Below are positions 12,611 through 26,119 of a stretch of DNA of 64,000 nt, one piece after another. Under the pieces are notes generated by a model. That model worked only from the letters and a program-made list of their open reading frames with translations, searched no databases and was not told the origin of the DNA. Source of the DNA: Antedon mediterranea (taxonomy: Eukaryota > Animalia > Echinodermata); contig NC_092672.1 in NCBI RefSeq assembly GCF_964355755.1, positions 30,510,437 to 30,574,436 of the forward strand, given 5' to 3'. The stretch's first letter is position 1. The number at the start of each line of letters is the position of its first letter. The translations under genes were made by a program, and so were the position numbers.

Positions 12611-13449
12611 AATAGACTGTGTCAAAATAGCAAAATCTATTTTGAAAAAATCTAAAAAATCCTCAAAATCGCGGCAAAATTCAATAGGGTTTGCCTGTGT
12701 TATCAAGCCTTTACTTGACAGACCGTTGGATTGCAGCTAAGTTTGAGGTTAATTTTTCATTATATAATTTGTAAGTAACATTTTAATTTTTATATCATTC
12801 TTATGTTTGATATATAAGGAACAATTATTAGGTGTTATTTAGTTCTATATGTCGTTTTTTATATTCACAATTGCAAAATTAAGATACCAATGTTTGAATG
12901 CAAGCAAGCTGGGATCTACCATTTATCACTCGGGTAATGGTTAAGTTTATCTTTCTGTGACCTGTTTAATTAATAGATGGTAATTATTACGAAGTCTGGA
13001 AATGTTCATACTATACTAGTTTATGTCATTTTAATTTCTTTGGTTAAAACATGTAATCAATAATTTTGTAAATTAGTTGTAGTCAAAATGGTTGACCTCC
13101 CCTCCTATATAATGGACGATGACAAGACTTGGGTTGCAAGAACTTGGTATGAACCTATAAGTAGATAAACAGCTCAATAGGTACATATTAAAAATCACTG
13201 TTTGGTTTCAAAATTTACACCAAGAGATTCATATTGAATCATTTAGGCCTATACTTTAATTGTTTTTGTATGATATATTCAATTAATACTTTATAAATAA
13301 ATAATTTCTTTTAATTAATACAGGTTGAGTATTTTTTATTCTTATTGTTTAATGATTTTGTTATGGTGACCGTGAGATGCGAGATTGGTTCCGAAATTAC
13401 TACATCGAAACAGCTGTTTGGCAATGGCCACATTAGCAGACAAATTCAT

Positions 13450-14202
13450 CAACGTTGAGTGTCTTCAATAACGTCAGTGAACGTTACTTCAAGGTTAAAC
13501 CCAACGTTAACAATAACGTTTAACGGACGTCAAAAAAGGGTTCACGTTATTTGAATGTTATTTCTAAACATTCAAAATACGTAATGGTAATATTCAGCCA
13601 ACATTTTGGTGAACGTTGGACTCAACGTTCTGTGAACGTTGTTCGAGGGTTAAAACTACGTTAGTCATAACGTTCAGCTGACGTCAAAAAGGGTCCACAA
13701 CTTAATGTTATTTGAACGTTATTTCAAAACATTCAAAAAACATAAACGGTAACATTCAACTAACGTTCGCTGAACGTTGACTGAACATTAAACTAACGTC
13801 AGTTTTGACGTTCTCCGGACGTCACAAAGGGTCCACATCTGAATGTTATTTGAACGTTATTTCAAAACATTAAAAAAACATAAACTGTAACATTCAACTA
13901 ACGTTCGATGAACGTTGTGTAAAAGTTAAACTAACGTTAGTTATAACTTTCTCCATCACAAAGGGTCCACATCTGAATGTTATTTGAACGTTATTTCAAA
14001 ACATTAAAAAAACATAAACTGTAACATTCAACTAACGTTCGCTGAACGTTGTTTAAAAGTTAAACTAACGTCAGTTATAACGTTCTCCGGACGTCACAAA
14101 GGGTCCACATCTGAATGTTATTTGAACGTTATTTCAAAACATTCAAAAAACGTAACCGTAACATTTAGCTAACGTCATTTCAACGTTAAATTGTTAGCTG
14201 GG
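13450..14202. repeat. About 120-bp AACGTT-rich tandem repeat, probably internal to a MITE ending GTTAGCTGGG
   Basis: GGGTCCACATCTGAATGTTATTTGAACGTTATTTCAAAAC or close variants recur at about 13690, 13830, 13960 and 14100. Confidence 0.7.
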
Positions 14203-15166
14203 ATGTAGACCCCTTGGCTCAAAATACGAACTAATTATCAAATTAAATCTTACAACATTTTAAGACTTTTCTACTCGATGCGATATCATTTTATTTTAAT
14301 TTGAATCTCCATTGGTCCTATTGGAAATATCTTATTTTTATTTAATTAGGCTAATCGAAAATATTTTAATTTCAACAAGGTCCGTACCTATTTTGTTAGA
14401 TAGAATTCAATCAGTTTTGTTTTAATATCAATACCCAACACAGAATTTCAAGATGATTGAAGTGAGATCGGTTTAGATTGTTTGACAATATAAATGAATA
14501 AGAAATTGACACAGGTACTGATATTTTGCAAAATCTGAACTTACTATAATTATGTTTATAGGCATGTACCTTGATTTGTGGGACGGGTGAAAAGTTTTAC
14601 TAATGACGTTATCTAACCAATGAAATACATTTGATTTGTAATTGATAAATCGATAAAATATTGTTCTATTGCCTCTTTGCTTGACGTTGGCTATCTTAAT
14701 CATCCTTTTCTTTTTTTTTTTTCTTTTTTTTAGCATGCTCCAAAAAGTATAATTAATAATTGATAATTTGCATACAATATAGGCAGTACAAATACAACAA
14801 TGATTTACTCGTGATTGCAACGTTCAAAGGTTGACATTGTTTTTGTCTCTCTGACTTTCATGAAGTTCGATTAGTTGTCGCTCGAAGTCCGTGCTTTAAG
14901 TTAGTCTTCATCATCAATTTTCACTGAACATAATACTATATTAATGTAAGTTACTTGATTTATACTATTTTTTAACACATAGTAGACCTAGGCCTAACTA
15001 GACATGTAACTAAAATTAGATTGACCGACAAATTAAATCAAAATGCGGTTTTAGCCTTGTCTACGTACACTGTCACTATGGGATGGAGAGGATAGTGAAT
15101 CCCCTTGTTGAACTCATTAATCTCCTGCAACTCATTTCATCTTTTCTTCATTCTTTGATTTTTAAG

Positions 15167-16347
15167 ATGATGTCAAGTAAATCTGATGCACCAGCCTATT
15201 CTGGTTATCCACCACCAACTACTGGAGTGTGGTCGAATAATCAAGGTCAAACTATATTCAACTCTACAAAAAGTCACACTGACAATGTGTAGCTTTTCCA
15301 AATCGACAAGTTTAAAGAAACACCAAGAAATTATCAGCCAACGGATAATATCTGGAATTCAAGAAATGAGGTTATACATGCAATGGATTATCAACAGGTG
15401 TGTGGTAATAGCATTAGTATTGCATCACAGCACTTACGCGCGCGTAAATTATAAAGTTTGAACGCACATGTAAAAGTATGTCTGTGTAGTTCATGAAGTT
15501 AAGGCATCATGTCTGTTTATTTGGTTTTTTTAGGTTCAATTTGAAGATGTCATGAAACAACCAAATTCTCCACTCAGAATTCCAGGATTAAATACATTCT
15601 TTTCTCTAGCCTTTACTTATACTCAGGTAAGAGAAAACGCCATTAATATCGTGGGCTTCCATAGATTTCAATTAAGAAAACTTTCGCAAACATCATATGT
15701 TATCATTTTAGGCCTATCGATATCAATGCAATTTTCAAAAGAAAACAGATTTTTCGTAAAATATGACAATAATGGTCGAATAGTCAAAACATGAACAACA
15801 GAACCCAAGTATCTACGCCTGGATAATCCCTAAAATTTTGAGAATATCAACTTGTTTCCAACGGGGTTCAAATAGATAACTGGGAGTCAAAGATTAACGC
15901 TGACGGTGGCAAACACAATTATTAGAAGGGCATTTTTGTTTATGTAGAACCAGTGGGAACCAAGCTTTACATAAAATGATAATGCAAATCATTTCATTCT
16001 TAGGCCTACACATACTTTGCTCTTGATTTAATAAACAATATTTTTATTTTTAGGCTGCTATATACACAATACTAACTCTGATAACTGGAATCATCTTCAC
16101 GGTAGTCTGGGGCATAGTCTTCGCCGTCACCTCTTACGTCACTATTTGGGTATTAAAACCTGTACTACGACTCATTTTAGATCTTGTAACTCCAATTGGT
16201 GCGATTAACCGATTTTTTGTGCGCACGTTCCTAGATCCAATGTTCGGGTCAATTGGCCAGATGTTTGCCTACTTACGTGGTCAATTTGGTTTGAACGTTA
16301 GTGGCATTTCACGAGAACAAACTAGGGCGTCTGTTCAGAATGTTTAA
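15167..16347 (+). CDS. Caveolin-like protein, 3 coding exons, with an in-frame TAG at 15290-15292
   Basis: Exons 15167-15397, 15534-15626 and 16054-16347 (GT-AG, phase 0) give ...MDYQQ|VQFEDVMKQP...FFSLAFTYTQ|AAIYTILTLITGIIFTVVWGIVFAVTSYVTIWVLKP...FLDPMFGSIGQMF. This matches the caveolin FEDVIAEP signature, the hydrophobic hairpin and the DPLFEAVGKIF region. Confidence 0.85.
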
Positions 16348-16761
16348 GTAAGCCAATCAAACATCTTGTCTTGGTTTAAGAAACCAATTGAAATTTTGCG
16401 TGAATCCGCCTTAACTATCCAATGTATAACTATGTAATATTTAATGAACCAGCCTGGATGAGCAAAAACCAAACAGTTTTGAACTCTCAGTAAAACGTAT
16501 GGCCAACAAATTAATTACCAACATGCCGAATTGTTATATCATATATAAATTAATATTATTAATACAAATATCATCTTTATTGTTCTAAATTTGGGAAAAT
16601 CAATCAATTTATTTGTACAATTTACTTGACATGAAATTTGGTATTAAAACAGTAAGACGTAAAAAATACAATACAAAATAAAAATTAATGTTGATCTTTG
16701 ATGTGTTTGTTTTGCTTTAATTCCTTAAGAAGGAAACAAATTGTAAATTATGGGAAGTGTT

Positions 16762-16922
16762 AAGCCTTGTCTACATTATCAATATGGACATGATGATGTC
16801 ATATCACTATCATGTTTGGGCATATCAATAACCGTATTTGGGCACATCACTACCGTATTTGGGCACATCACTACCGTATTTGGGCATATCAATAACCGTA
16901 TTTAGGCACATCACTACCATAT
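16762..16922. repeat. 21-bp tandem repeat (TTTGGGCACATCACTACCGTA); related MITE at about 25036-25183
   Basis: Visible tandem units. The same motifs occur inverted at about 25070-25150, between GTCTACACT / AGTGTAGAC ends. Confidence 0.55.
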
Positions 16923-17639
16923 TTGAAAGAAAGGAAAATAATTCAGTCCTCCCAAAATCTCCCAATTTGTTCTTCAGATATTTATCGTGAGAAAAAGAGA
17001 ATAGAAAAATTATTTCAAAAGTGAAATAATGAGTTGGCATCGTATTTTCTACCCATGTTTACTACAATGCAATTTAGGCCCATTTATAGGGCGATAATGA
17101 TCAACGATAAATAGATACATATTTTTCATACTTGAAACAAAATCAATTATTTATTATTTATTTTATTCATCTATGCTGCCTTTGATGAAAATAATAATTT
17201 CACACGTCCAATCAAATGACGTCATCTTTAGTAAGAGCAATAATCGTGACAATATACAACGATATAATTGTTTTTACTGATCAAGACGTCATTTAATTGA
17301 ATTTTTTTTTTAAATTTCAATTTTATCAAAGACAGCTTTCTTTTGTTTTATGCAAGGAAAACGTATGTTTATTTATTTATCGTCATCGCTATTGCTCTAG
17401 TGTAAATAGGCCTTTAGTTTTATGTATTTTTTTCTAGCGTCCTCTATAGTTTTGAGTTTTTCGAATACGCTAGTTCAAATGCTAATAGTTATAACACAGT
17501 AACAGTAGCTGGAACCATTCATATGCAAAAATATTATTTAGTAATTAGCCTTAGCCAGAATTTAAGTAATTAAATTAGGTGCGGCATGGTTGTTTTTAGA
17601 GGCCTCATGTGTGCGTGTGACGTGTCTGTGTGATGGAAA

Positions 17640-17785
17640 ATCTAGAAACTTCTCCCCCCCCCGCCCCCCCCCCCAATCATATAATATTATGCGTACTACT
17701 GCGCATGTGCATGTGTTTTGCGTGAGTTTTTTTTCACGAAGTTGCGGCGTTTGATTTTTTAGACTGATTAAAATAGTTGGTAAGA
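17640..17785 (+). promoter_or_regulatory. Probable FKBP12 promoter and first non-coding exon
   Basis: C-tract, an NRF1-like TGCGCATGTGCA motif, and a GTAAG donor at about 17780 upstream of the ATG exon. This is inference only. Confidence 0.35.
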
Positions 17786-18123
17786 ATTGTTGGAAACAAA
17801 TAAATTTGTTCTTCCTGACGTAATTAATGTAAACTATAATATTTTTGTATTATAATCATGCTATTTTTGGCTTTTAATAATAAGGGTAGTCATTTTAAAA
17901 TCAGCTGTCTGGTGTCATGAATGAAGGCTTACCTGCTCTATAATAATAATATGTTTCTCTAGTCTATGCATGACCGCGGGAGGCTTTACCTATTTTCAGT
18001 GGTCGTTTCGCCCCGTTTATTTTGTTATCACTTGTAGCCGACGGTTCTGTAGCTATGCCTAATGGAAAATAATTAAACCTTTACGTTTTTTTGTTGTAGT
18101 AACCTTCGTAATTTACAAGCAAT

Positions 18124-21100
18124 ATGGGAGTAACAGTGGAAACAATCAAACCTGGTGATGGTAAGTATTTCACAAATTAGTGAAAGATTCAAACTAGCCT
18201 AGTTTTAGGCCTATTCTATTTAATTACATTTTCGTTCGAAGTAAATTCAAATCTTCTATAATAATAGACAGTATATATAAAAGTAATTAAGCTGCTTTGT
18301 CCAGAAACTTAATGTTTTATTTTTTTTTTGTATTCTTTGTGGTTCACCACCACCTTTATTCATTCAATGTTTCATTACATATTTTAATTTTTAAACATTT
18401 TCTATCTTTTTTCATTATTTTATGTTTTCCCTCATTGATATATCACAATTTTAACCTTTACTTTTGTACCATAGTAAACATTAGCATTCATTTTTAGTAT
18501 TTTTGTTTTCTAAATTTACTAAACATTAATAGTAATACAAAGTATACTTTTTTTAATTGTTAAATCCTCTATTTACAATAACCAATTGTAGATTAAGTAA
18601 AATACTTATATAACTATCTACATACATTAAATGCATTGTTTAAAGATGTATTGTCCCTTGAAACACAAAAAATGAAGGTCAAAATATTCTAAATTTAAAT
18701 TGGCGATATCAAAGTACCGTATATTTCGGTGTATAAGACGCACTTTTGACACGCAAATTTGACCTCTAAATTTTGGGTGCGTCTTATACACCGGTAACTT
18801 CCTCACGCACCCTTAAAAAGCTAGTTAACAGTGTACAGTAGCTAGCTAGGAGGCCTACCTACCTAACCTAGCCTATTAAAAATAGTGTACTACTCTGCAA
18901 TGTAGGCCTAGCTAGTTACTCCTGTCGAATCACGGTTGATCACCACATTGTGGTAACAAGTTTATTGAATTTTTAATTAAGGTATAAATTGTCATCCCCG
19001 ACTGTAATAATTAATATTTACAGTACTTGCATGAGATATTCTATCCAGGCCAAGTACTCTCTGAACTCGCAGGTGTGTATTCATCACACAGCACAACATA
19101 TTTATGGAAGAGTCCATTAATTATGGTGGTGTCAAATTTTAATTACACAAAAACTATTTCCCTTGATCAAGGTGGTTTATTTTATTACATCTCTATGTCA
19201 ACAATCCAATAAATTTAAAATCATGTAGGCGATAGTTCGTAGGTCAAGCGATATCTAAAAGAGCGTGTTGTTATTGTGTTAAGTAGCTTCCCCTAATCTC
19301 ATAATGTATATGGCCAACAGTGCTGGGCCAGGCAAGGAGGAGCACATGGTTAGTGCTCTCCTTACTGTAAATGCATGCATGCATAGGAAAGATTTTCATA
19401 TACTGTACATGATATTCCTGCTTCATTTTCAGCCCAAAAACTGAACATCGTTTAGATTGATTTTATATAATGGTCATACACACAATAAGAAGGTATATAT
19501 TTAAATAATATGAAATTAAAGTTACTTAAATAGACATAGGCTAGCCCTACCCACACAGTGCATCGTAACTGAACAAATATGGGGATTTCTCTTTTCACTG
19601 AACGTTCAGTTGAGACTGATTACGATGTAATATTAAGGCAATCAAACAAAATTATATCATTTGATTCAATAAATATGTCTCAAATTTCATTGTTTTATAT
19701 GTAAAATACCATTGTTTTGATTGTAAAATGTTAAAATTTCGGCCTAGAAATAAGTGCGTCTTATACATTGACTACATAAAAAATACTAATATTTCAGTCT
19801 CCGTTATGGGTGCGTCTTATACACAGGTGCGACTTATACACCAAAATATACGGTAATATTAAAGTTTTTTACTTTAATTCGAAAATTTGACCCAAAAACA
19901 ACAATTTTACGTAATTAACAGCTAAATTAATTTGATTACATTTCGTCTGGAAAATCGTCGCGAGCGAAAGTAAACAAAGATTTCAAACCATGAGTATACA
20001 TTATGCATGATGTTAATTAGGATTGTTTACAACTCCTCACAGTTGAGAAGGTGTTTTCACACAGATCGCGAGGAAGTTTTATGATTATGCGTACAGAGTA
20101 GCAAAATAAGCGCGTTGCATTATGAGATATGTTTTGATCGAAAACTTTGACTGGAAGTCAAAGTTATTTTTTGAACAAAAAAAACAGTCTCTATTTCAGT
20201 TAAATGATTTTTTTTTCGACTAATTTTTTGTGAAAGTTAATAACTATTATAATGCTTCAAAATGACCCACTTTTTTTCGAAATATTTTTATTTTTATTTT
20301 TTTTGGGAATTTGACAAAGGGACAATACATCTTTAATGTACACTGATAATGTAATGTTTAAGTGTGTATTCTATTGAAGCATAGGAATGAATTAACCTAG
20401 GTTAAAGTCTAACAATAACACCCAAGTTTTTTAAATGAACTTCATTTTGTACTTATATTTTCAGTATTCATTAAGTGTGTGTGTTTTTATTTGTAGGAAA
20501 ATCATTTCCCAAAGTAGGACAGAAGGTGTCTGTACATTATGTAGGTGAGTCTGGACCACCTTTGAATCATTTATTTTTTGCCGAACGGATTTTACCCACA
20601 ACATTCCTACAGTAAAGGCAATGTAATGCAATGCGACATTTATTTAGCACTATTTCATGAAGATCAGAGTGCTGTGGAATTAGATGTTACACCTTTTCAA
20701 CAACATTCTTCTTCCCTAAGGGTTACATCGTGTTATCGGCAGCCAACTACGGCGCCATTACGGCTGTCCACGACAGTCTGCGTGTGTACTAGTAGTAGTA
20801 CACTGGGATTACCCCCTACTCGTCTCAAAAGATGTACTGTACTAAGTGTGTACGAGCAGTGTGCATACACTGGACCTACGGTTTATAGTCCTGTTAATGT
20901 TATGGCTATGGATTACGGTTCCACTGTCTTAACTGTTTGGCAGTTTGATACAGTTGAGTGATCTGGACACCCATAAGTCTTTTCTTATACCCCTTTCACA
21001 CCAAAACTCCGGAGTGATCTCCGGAGACACCCCAGGGTTTATGACCATTCAAAACGTCGAGAAATTGCGGAGATACCCCTTTCACACCAACCAACCAACA

Positions 21101-24100
21101 CCGGGGTTTATAAAATAAAATTGTATATGTCGCCCTCTATTTTGTTTGTTTACATAGCGACGATCATTAGAATCATTTAAATTAATAATATTTTTAATTT
21201 AATAATTACTTTCAAAAGTCTCAGAAGTAATATGATATTTTATTGATACTACTTATATTTTTTAAACCTGCTATATATTTTGTAAAGATATTTAAAGTAT
21301 TTTGAAATAAAACTAAAGCAATGAGTGATCGTGTGATGAGGATGACCTTTTGACCTTAAACTCCGGAGTTTTGATGTTTGTACCTTTTCACACCAAAACA
21401 CTGGGGTGTCCCCGCAGTTCGCTCTCCGGAGAATGTTCAGCTGTTCAACCCAGCAGTTTTAAACTCCGGAGTTGCTTGATTTTACCTTTCGCACCAAAAC
21501 AGCGGGGCGTCAACTCCGGAGTGTCTCCGGAGTTTTGCACTTGCTTTTGGTGTGAAAGGGGTATTGCTAAATACTAGGCTATCGCAGTCAATATTCATAC
21601 GCAAATGGTTCCAGCACATATCCATTAACATTTTAGACTGTCTTTAGTGGAAGTGGAAGTTTTTATTAATATTTTTACAAAAATGTAATGTGCTGGATTG
21701 TTTGTTTTATCTTTATACTGGGTGACCTCTTCAGTCAAAGACTGATCTCCCAGAGGGCCCAGTTGGTCATCAGTGGCTGTGATGTATTAATACACCGGGG
21801 TAACCCCCTACTCGTCTCGAAAGATGTACTAGGTTCTTTAAAGTGGACACGAGCAAGTTGTGTACACTGGACCTACGGTTTATAGTCCTTATCCGAGAAG
21901 ACTCGTTCTACCACCAGAACCATGGAGTGAGTGAGCCTCGAACCCCTGCCGATTTTATGGCTACGTGATTACGGTTCCACTGTCTTAACCGCTCGGCCAC
22001 TCACTCACTCACTTACAGTAAGGCAACTGTAAAACATGTTTGTTTTTTCATAGGTACATTAACTAACGGCAACAAATTTGACTCTTCTCGTGATCGTGGC
22101 AAACCTTTTCAATTCAATCTTGGTCAAGGTCAGGTCATCAAAGGATGGGACGAGGGCGTTGCTCAGGTATGTACTATCGTATACTGTCATGTTTAAGCAG
22201 CTATTTTCAGTTTTGATAAGTTTAAAAATATGGACTATTTTCACACTTTTATGAGAAAGCAACACACTTTATACTTCCATAAATGTAATGATTTTAGTTA
22301 TGGTCTAAGTGAAAACTCAACTATTGATATATGAAAGAAAGTTATATTTATTGTATATATAAGAGATTCTTAAATTTCAAATGTGTCGACACAGGTGAAA
22401 TAAAGAAATAAATATTTTGCCTTTGTTTTGATTTCAGATGAGCATAGGACAGAGGGCCAAGTTAACCTGTTCACCAGACTATGCATATGGATCTCAGGGA
22501 TTCCACGATGTATATCCTTTTCTAATAACTAAACCTTGAGACAACAAGTCTGGTATTTCTGAGAGGGTGCTGTAACAAAAAAATGCCATTCTGGACCGGA
22601 TTTAATATATAGTTTTGCTTGGGGGAAAAAAGGACTCTTGGGTTAGGCTAGGTCTTAGACTCTTGGCAAGCCTAGGTCTTAGAATGCAAGTAGCAGTGGT
22701 CTTAGACTCTTGGCAGGCCTAGGTCTTAGACTCCTGGCAGGCCTAGGTATTTGACTGCAAGTAGCAGTGATCTTAGCTTAGACTCTTGCTAGGCCTAAGT
22801 CTTAGAATGCAAGTAGCAGTGGTCTTAGACTCTTGGCAGGCCTAGGTCGTAGACAGCAAGTAGCAGTGGTCATAAATTCTTGGTAAGCATATTTCTTAGA
22901 CTGCATGTACTGTAGCAGTGGTCTTAGACTCGTGGCAGGCCTAGGTCTATGACTGCAAGTAGGAGTGGTCTTAGACTCTTGGCAGGCCTAGGTCTTAGAC
23001 TCTTGGTAAGCCTAAATCCTAAGCCTAGTTTTTATATTGCAATCCCCACATCATTTTGTTTATAGCACCCTTTAGAGATGTCAAACTTGTTTTTATCTTG
23101 ATGCGATTTTAATACAGGACATACTACTATCATCATACTATTCAGTTACTGTCTAAAGCCTGTTTTCCTTTCGACGTTGTTCGACGCTATCGTTAACAAT
23201 AATCGGTGATCTTCTACATAAACATTGAAATTTTAACGATTTACAGGAAAGGTACTATCGTTATCATTTCAACTTGATCGTTTTCAAAAGATCGTCGTTG
23301 AACTTTTAACGATCAACGACGATATCGTCGAATAACGTCGACAGGAAAACAGGCTTAAGTGATAAGGTGGGGATGGTTGACATTAAAGAGATATTGATAA
23401 TTTCCATAAAGTAAATGTTTGTCTCTTAACGTCAACCACACTTACACCATAGTATTATGATTAGTAGTAATATATATTAATGTATTTCTGGGCCCAACTT
23501 AAGTAATGTCTGTTTCCTGCGCTACCAACTCATAAACATCAACATCAAAGTAATGAATGAAGTTTAAATTAACTCTAAACAGAGAGGCAATATTTTTAAT
23601 GATTTTGCCCCAGTCAATTAGTATGTACTTGATTTATCATTCCCACTCAATGTGTCTATCGTTAAAAACAAAAATTAAAGATAAAAAAATTAAAGCAGCT
23701 ACCAAAAACTTTTTTTGCATTTAATAATTGGTACGATCATAAATCATTCACTTATTCACAGTAGATTCCCTTCTTTGGGATGACCTATTCGGAAGAAACC
23801 CCTTTAAGGGGACACTTTCCTGTGAAACAAACGAGGGGCAATTTATGTTCTAACACAACAGCCAACACCTATTAGGGGGATTCTTTGTTGGTTGGGTCTC
23901 AAAGATATCCCTATTAGTTAGTTGACAGTTTTATTTTAGATTATTCGTTCTTTAGCAGTCCAATGCTAATTTGCTGCAATTTAATTAGCATAACTATATC
24001 TAATAAAACCGCCCATTGATAAAGATTTTAAAAATTATATTTACATTTAGTGTAAAAAAAATGACGACAAACTTTCCTTAACTTTTCACACTATACCACC

Positions 24101-24146
24101 AAATTCTACACTCATCTTCGAAGTGGAACTCCTCTCTTTTCAATAA
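18124..24146 (+). CDS. FKBP1A: FK506-binding protein FKBP12 (peptidyl-prolyl isomerase), 108 aa, 5 coding exons
   Basis: Exons 18124-18160, 20497-20544, 22054-22166, 22438-22511 and 24092-24146 total 327 nt: [114 protein letters not shown] lies at 24235. Confidence 0.96.
18644..20332. mobile_element. Kolobok-like MITE with TTAA TSD
   Basis: TTAA|AGATGTATTGTCCC ... GGGACAATACATCT|TTAA. The same family occurs at about 37735-38280. Confidence 0.7.
18717..19853. mobile_element. Tc1/pogo-like MITE with TA TSD, nested in the Kolobok-like MITE
   Basis: TA|CCGTATATTTCGGTGTATAAG ... CTTATACACCAAAATATACGG|TA. Confidence 0.75.
20988..21563. mobile_element. MITE (PIF/Harbinger-like)
   Basis: TIRs TACCCCTTTCACACCAAAA / TTTTGGTGTGAAAGGGGTA with repeated internal CTCCGGAG palindromes. 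Confidence 0.7.
21670..22010 (-). mobile_element. tRNA-derived SINE; degraded second copy at about 20640-20945
   Basis: The minus strand has an A box TGGCCGAGCGG and a B box GGTTCGAGGC, followed by a body (GGACTATAAACCGTAGGTCC) shared with the second copy. Confidence 0.7.
22640..23030. repeat. Composite minisatellite (GGTCTTAGACTCTTGGCAGGCCTA / GCAAGTAGCAGT) in the U12 intron
   Basis: Visible alternating subunits of about 22-24 bp. Confidence 0.8.
23157..23355. mobile_element. Short Harbinger-like MITE with TAA TSD
   Basis: TAA|AGCCTGTTTTCCT..TCGACG ... CGTCGACAGGAAAACAGGCT|TAA. Confidence 0.7.
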
Positions 24147-26119
24147 GCTGTATTTTGTGGAATTGTCCGTACACGTCATTTTGATAACCTCGTACATTAA
24201 TATTATAATCATTGTTATCAATTAGATTGTTAGTAATAAAATTTGGAATTTACTGTAACTTTCTGTTGTGTTTGTTAGATGTTTGAACAGCTATGAATTT
24301 GTTTTCTACAAATTCGACATGGTCTGCACTGCTTTAAAATACACATACAGTTTTTACTTCAAATTTATTATGGTTTAGACGAACCAAACAAGTTACCTTT
24401 ATTACGCTTGGTTCTTACTTAGACGCAATGCTACAACGTAAGCGCAATACAAAGGAGATCTTTAAAAATAGCACCAAAAAAAAACCAGAAAAGCAAAAGA
24501 CAGGACAAGCAAAAGCAATCGAAATATTGCTTCTACCCTAACCTTCGCCTTGTACAGTAGGTCTATAACATCTTCTCAGCTTCAGAAACGCCTATCAAAT
24601 CCTGTTCTGTTATGTACAGAAATTTATGAACATTGCTTCATTATTACCTCAGTAGCTATTTAGTTATTCCAGGCCTGTAGCCAGGGGGTTTAGTAGGTTT
24701 CAAAAGAACCCCCTTCTTCCCTGAAGTGCCCTTTTCAAGGTAGAGACCAGTTACTTGCGCTACATATTTGTAGTGCTTGTATTCGTATTATAGCCCAGGT
24801 ATGTCGGTAATGCTTTAAATAATAACAAACTATACATAACATTAATATAGAAAACCATAAACAAAGCATTCGAAATAAAAAAACAATAGAATTTATTTGC
24901 GGAAAAATTAGGTCTACAAAATAATGGAAAAAAAGTCACTCGAGGAAACATCTAAGCTTAAGTTTATTTTACAAACAGCTGAGGAATGTAGTGAAACGAG
25001 TAAAAAGTACTGTATAACAGGAAAAGCGTTCCTTTAGCTCTGTCTACACTACCAAACTTGTTTGATGTGTGATGTACCCAAATATGGTAGTGATATCTCC
25101 GAATATGGTATTGATATGCTGTCATCGTGTCCATATATGGTTACATCACATTTACATCAAACCACTAGTTTGATAGTGTAGACAAACAGCAGCTTGAACC
25201 TATCAATTAGTCGAGTTTACAAAATATTAAAAATTTCAGCCTTACATAAATAGATTTCGCATTGATACAGTTTCTTATTGAGTATGTCCTCTGGGGTTTT
25301 AGCTGAAAAGTGGATGACAATTATCTTCAACAGGAATTATTCAGTGTATCATAATGCGTTCAGGACGTAATTACCTTTGAGTAAATTGTTATTAGTGTTT
25401 GTCGACATTTTAAATAACAGTTATAAACAATGTTTATCTCTAGTATTTTAAAAGTAATCAATTGTCGGAAAATAGGCTTATGTTATGTATGTATGTACTA
25501 ACACTACGGATCTGTATTAATAATATTAATAATAATAATAATATTTATTCGGTCATCAATGTACAAAATAACCAGGAATGAGAATAGGCTAAAGTCCAAA
25601 CAGATTCTGCACTCACTCCATAAATGAATGTGACAATGAAGGTGATTTAGTCGTGATTGTATTGTATCAACACTGTTGTGAACGATTATGTGTAAGCATA
25701 CACATTGTATTTGTTAGCAAGCTCCACAAAGAACCTGTTAGCAAGATCACTGTTTCTTTTTAAATAACGACAATATCCTGTATTGACTATGCCTACGCAG
25801 TTTCAAAATATATATATATATATAATTTCGATTTTGAAAAATAATCTTAATACGAGTCAGTAGGCCTATATTCTATTTTTGTTGTAATCAGATTAATAGG
25901 TTTAGCACATCTGGGTTTAGAACGGCACTTAACGGGTCGAATAAAATGCTCGTAATCTATATTATAATTTGAGTAAGGAAAAATGGTTTGTTATTGTAAA
26001 ACTCGTTAGTGGGTGAACGGATGACGCCCCAATAAATATCCCTGTTATGTATATTATATGTAGTAATAAATTAATATTTTTGATTTAGATTTTACAGACG
26101 TTTCAATGTTTCGATAAAA

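Larger units (their letters stand above)
22512..24091 (+). other. U12-type AT-AC intron of FKBP12
   Basis: 5' end ATATCCTTT, branch point TTTCCTTAAC at 24073-24082, and terminal AC at 24090-24091. Splicing restores the frame (GT+T = Val). Confidence 0.93.

Noticed and set aside
21930-22010. tRNA gene on the minus strand
   Set aside because: The A and B boxes continue into a repeated SINE body, and I could not form a convincing cloverleaf.
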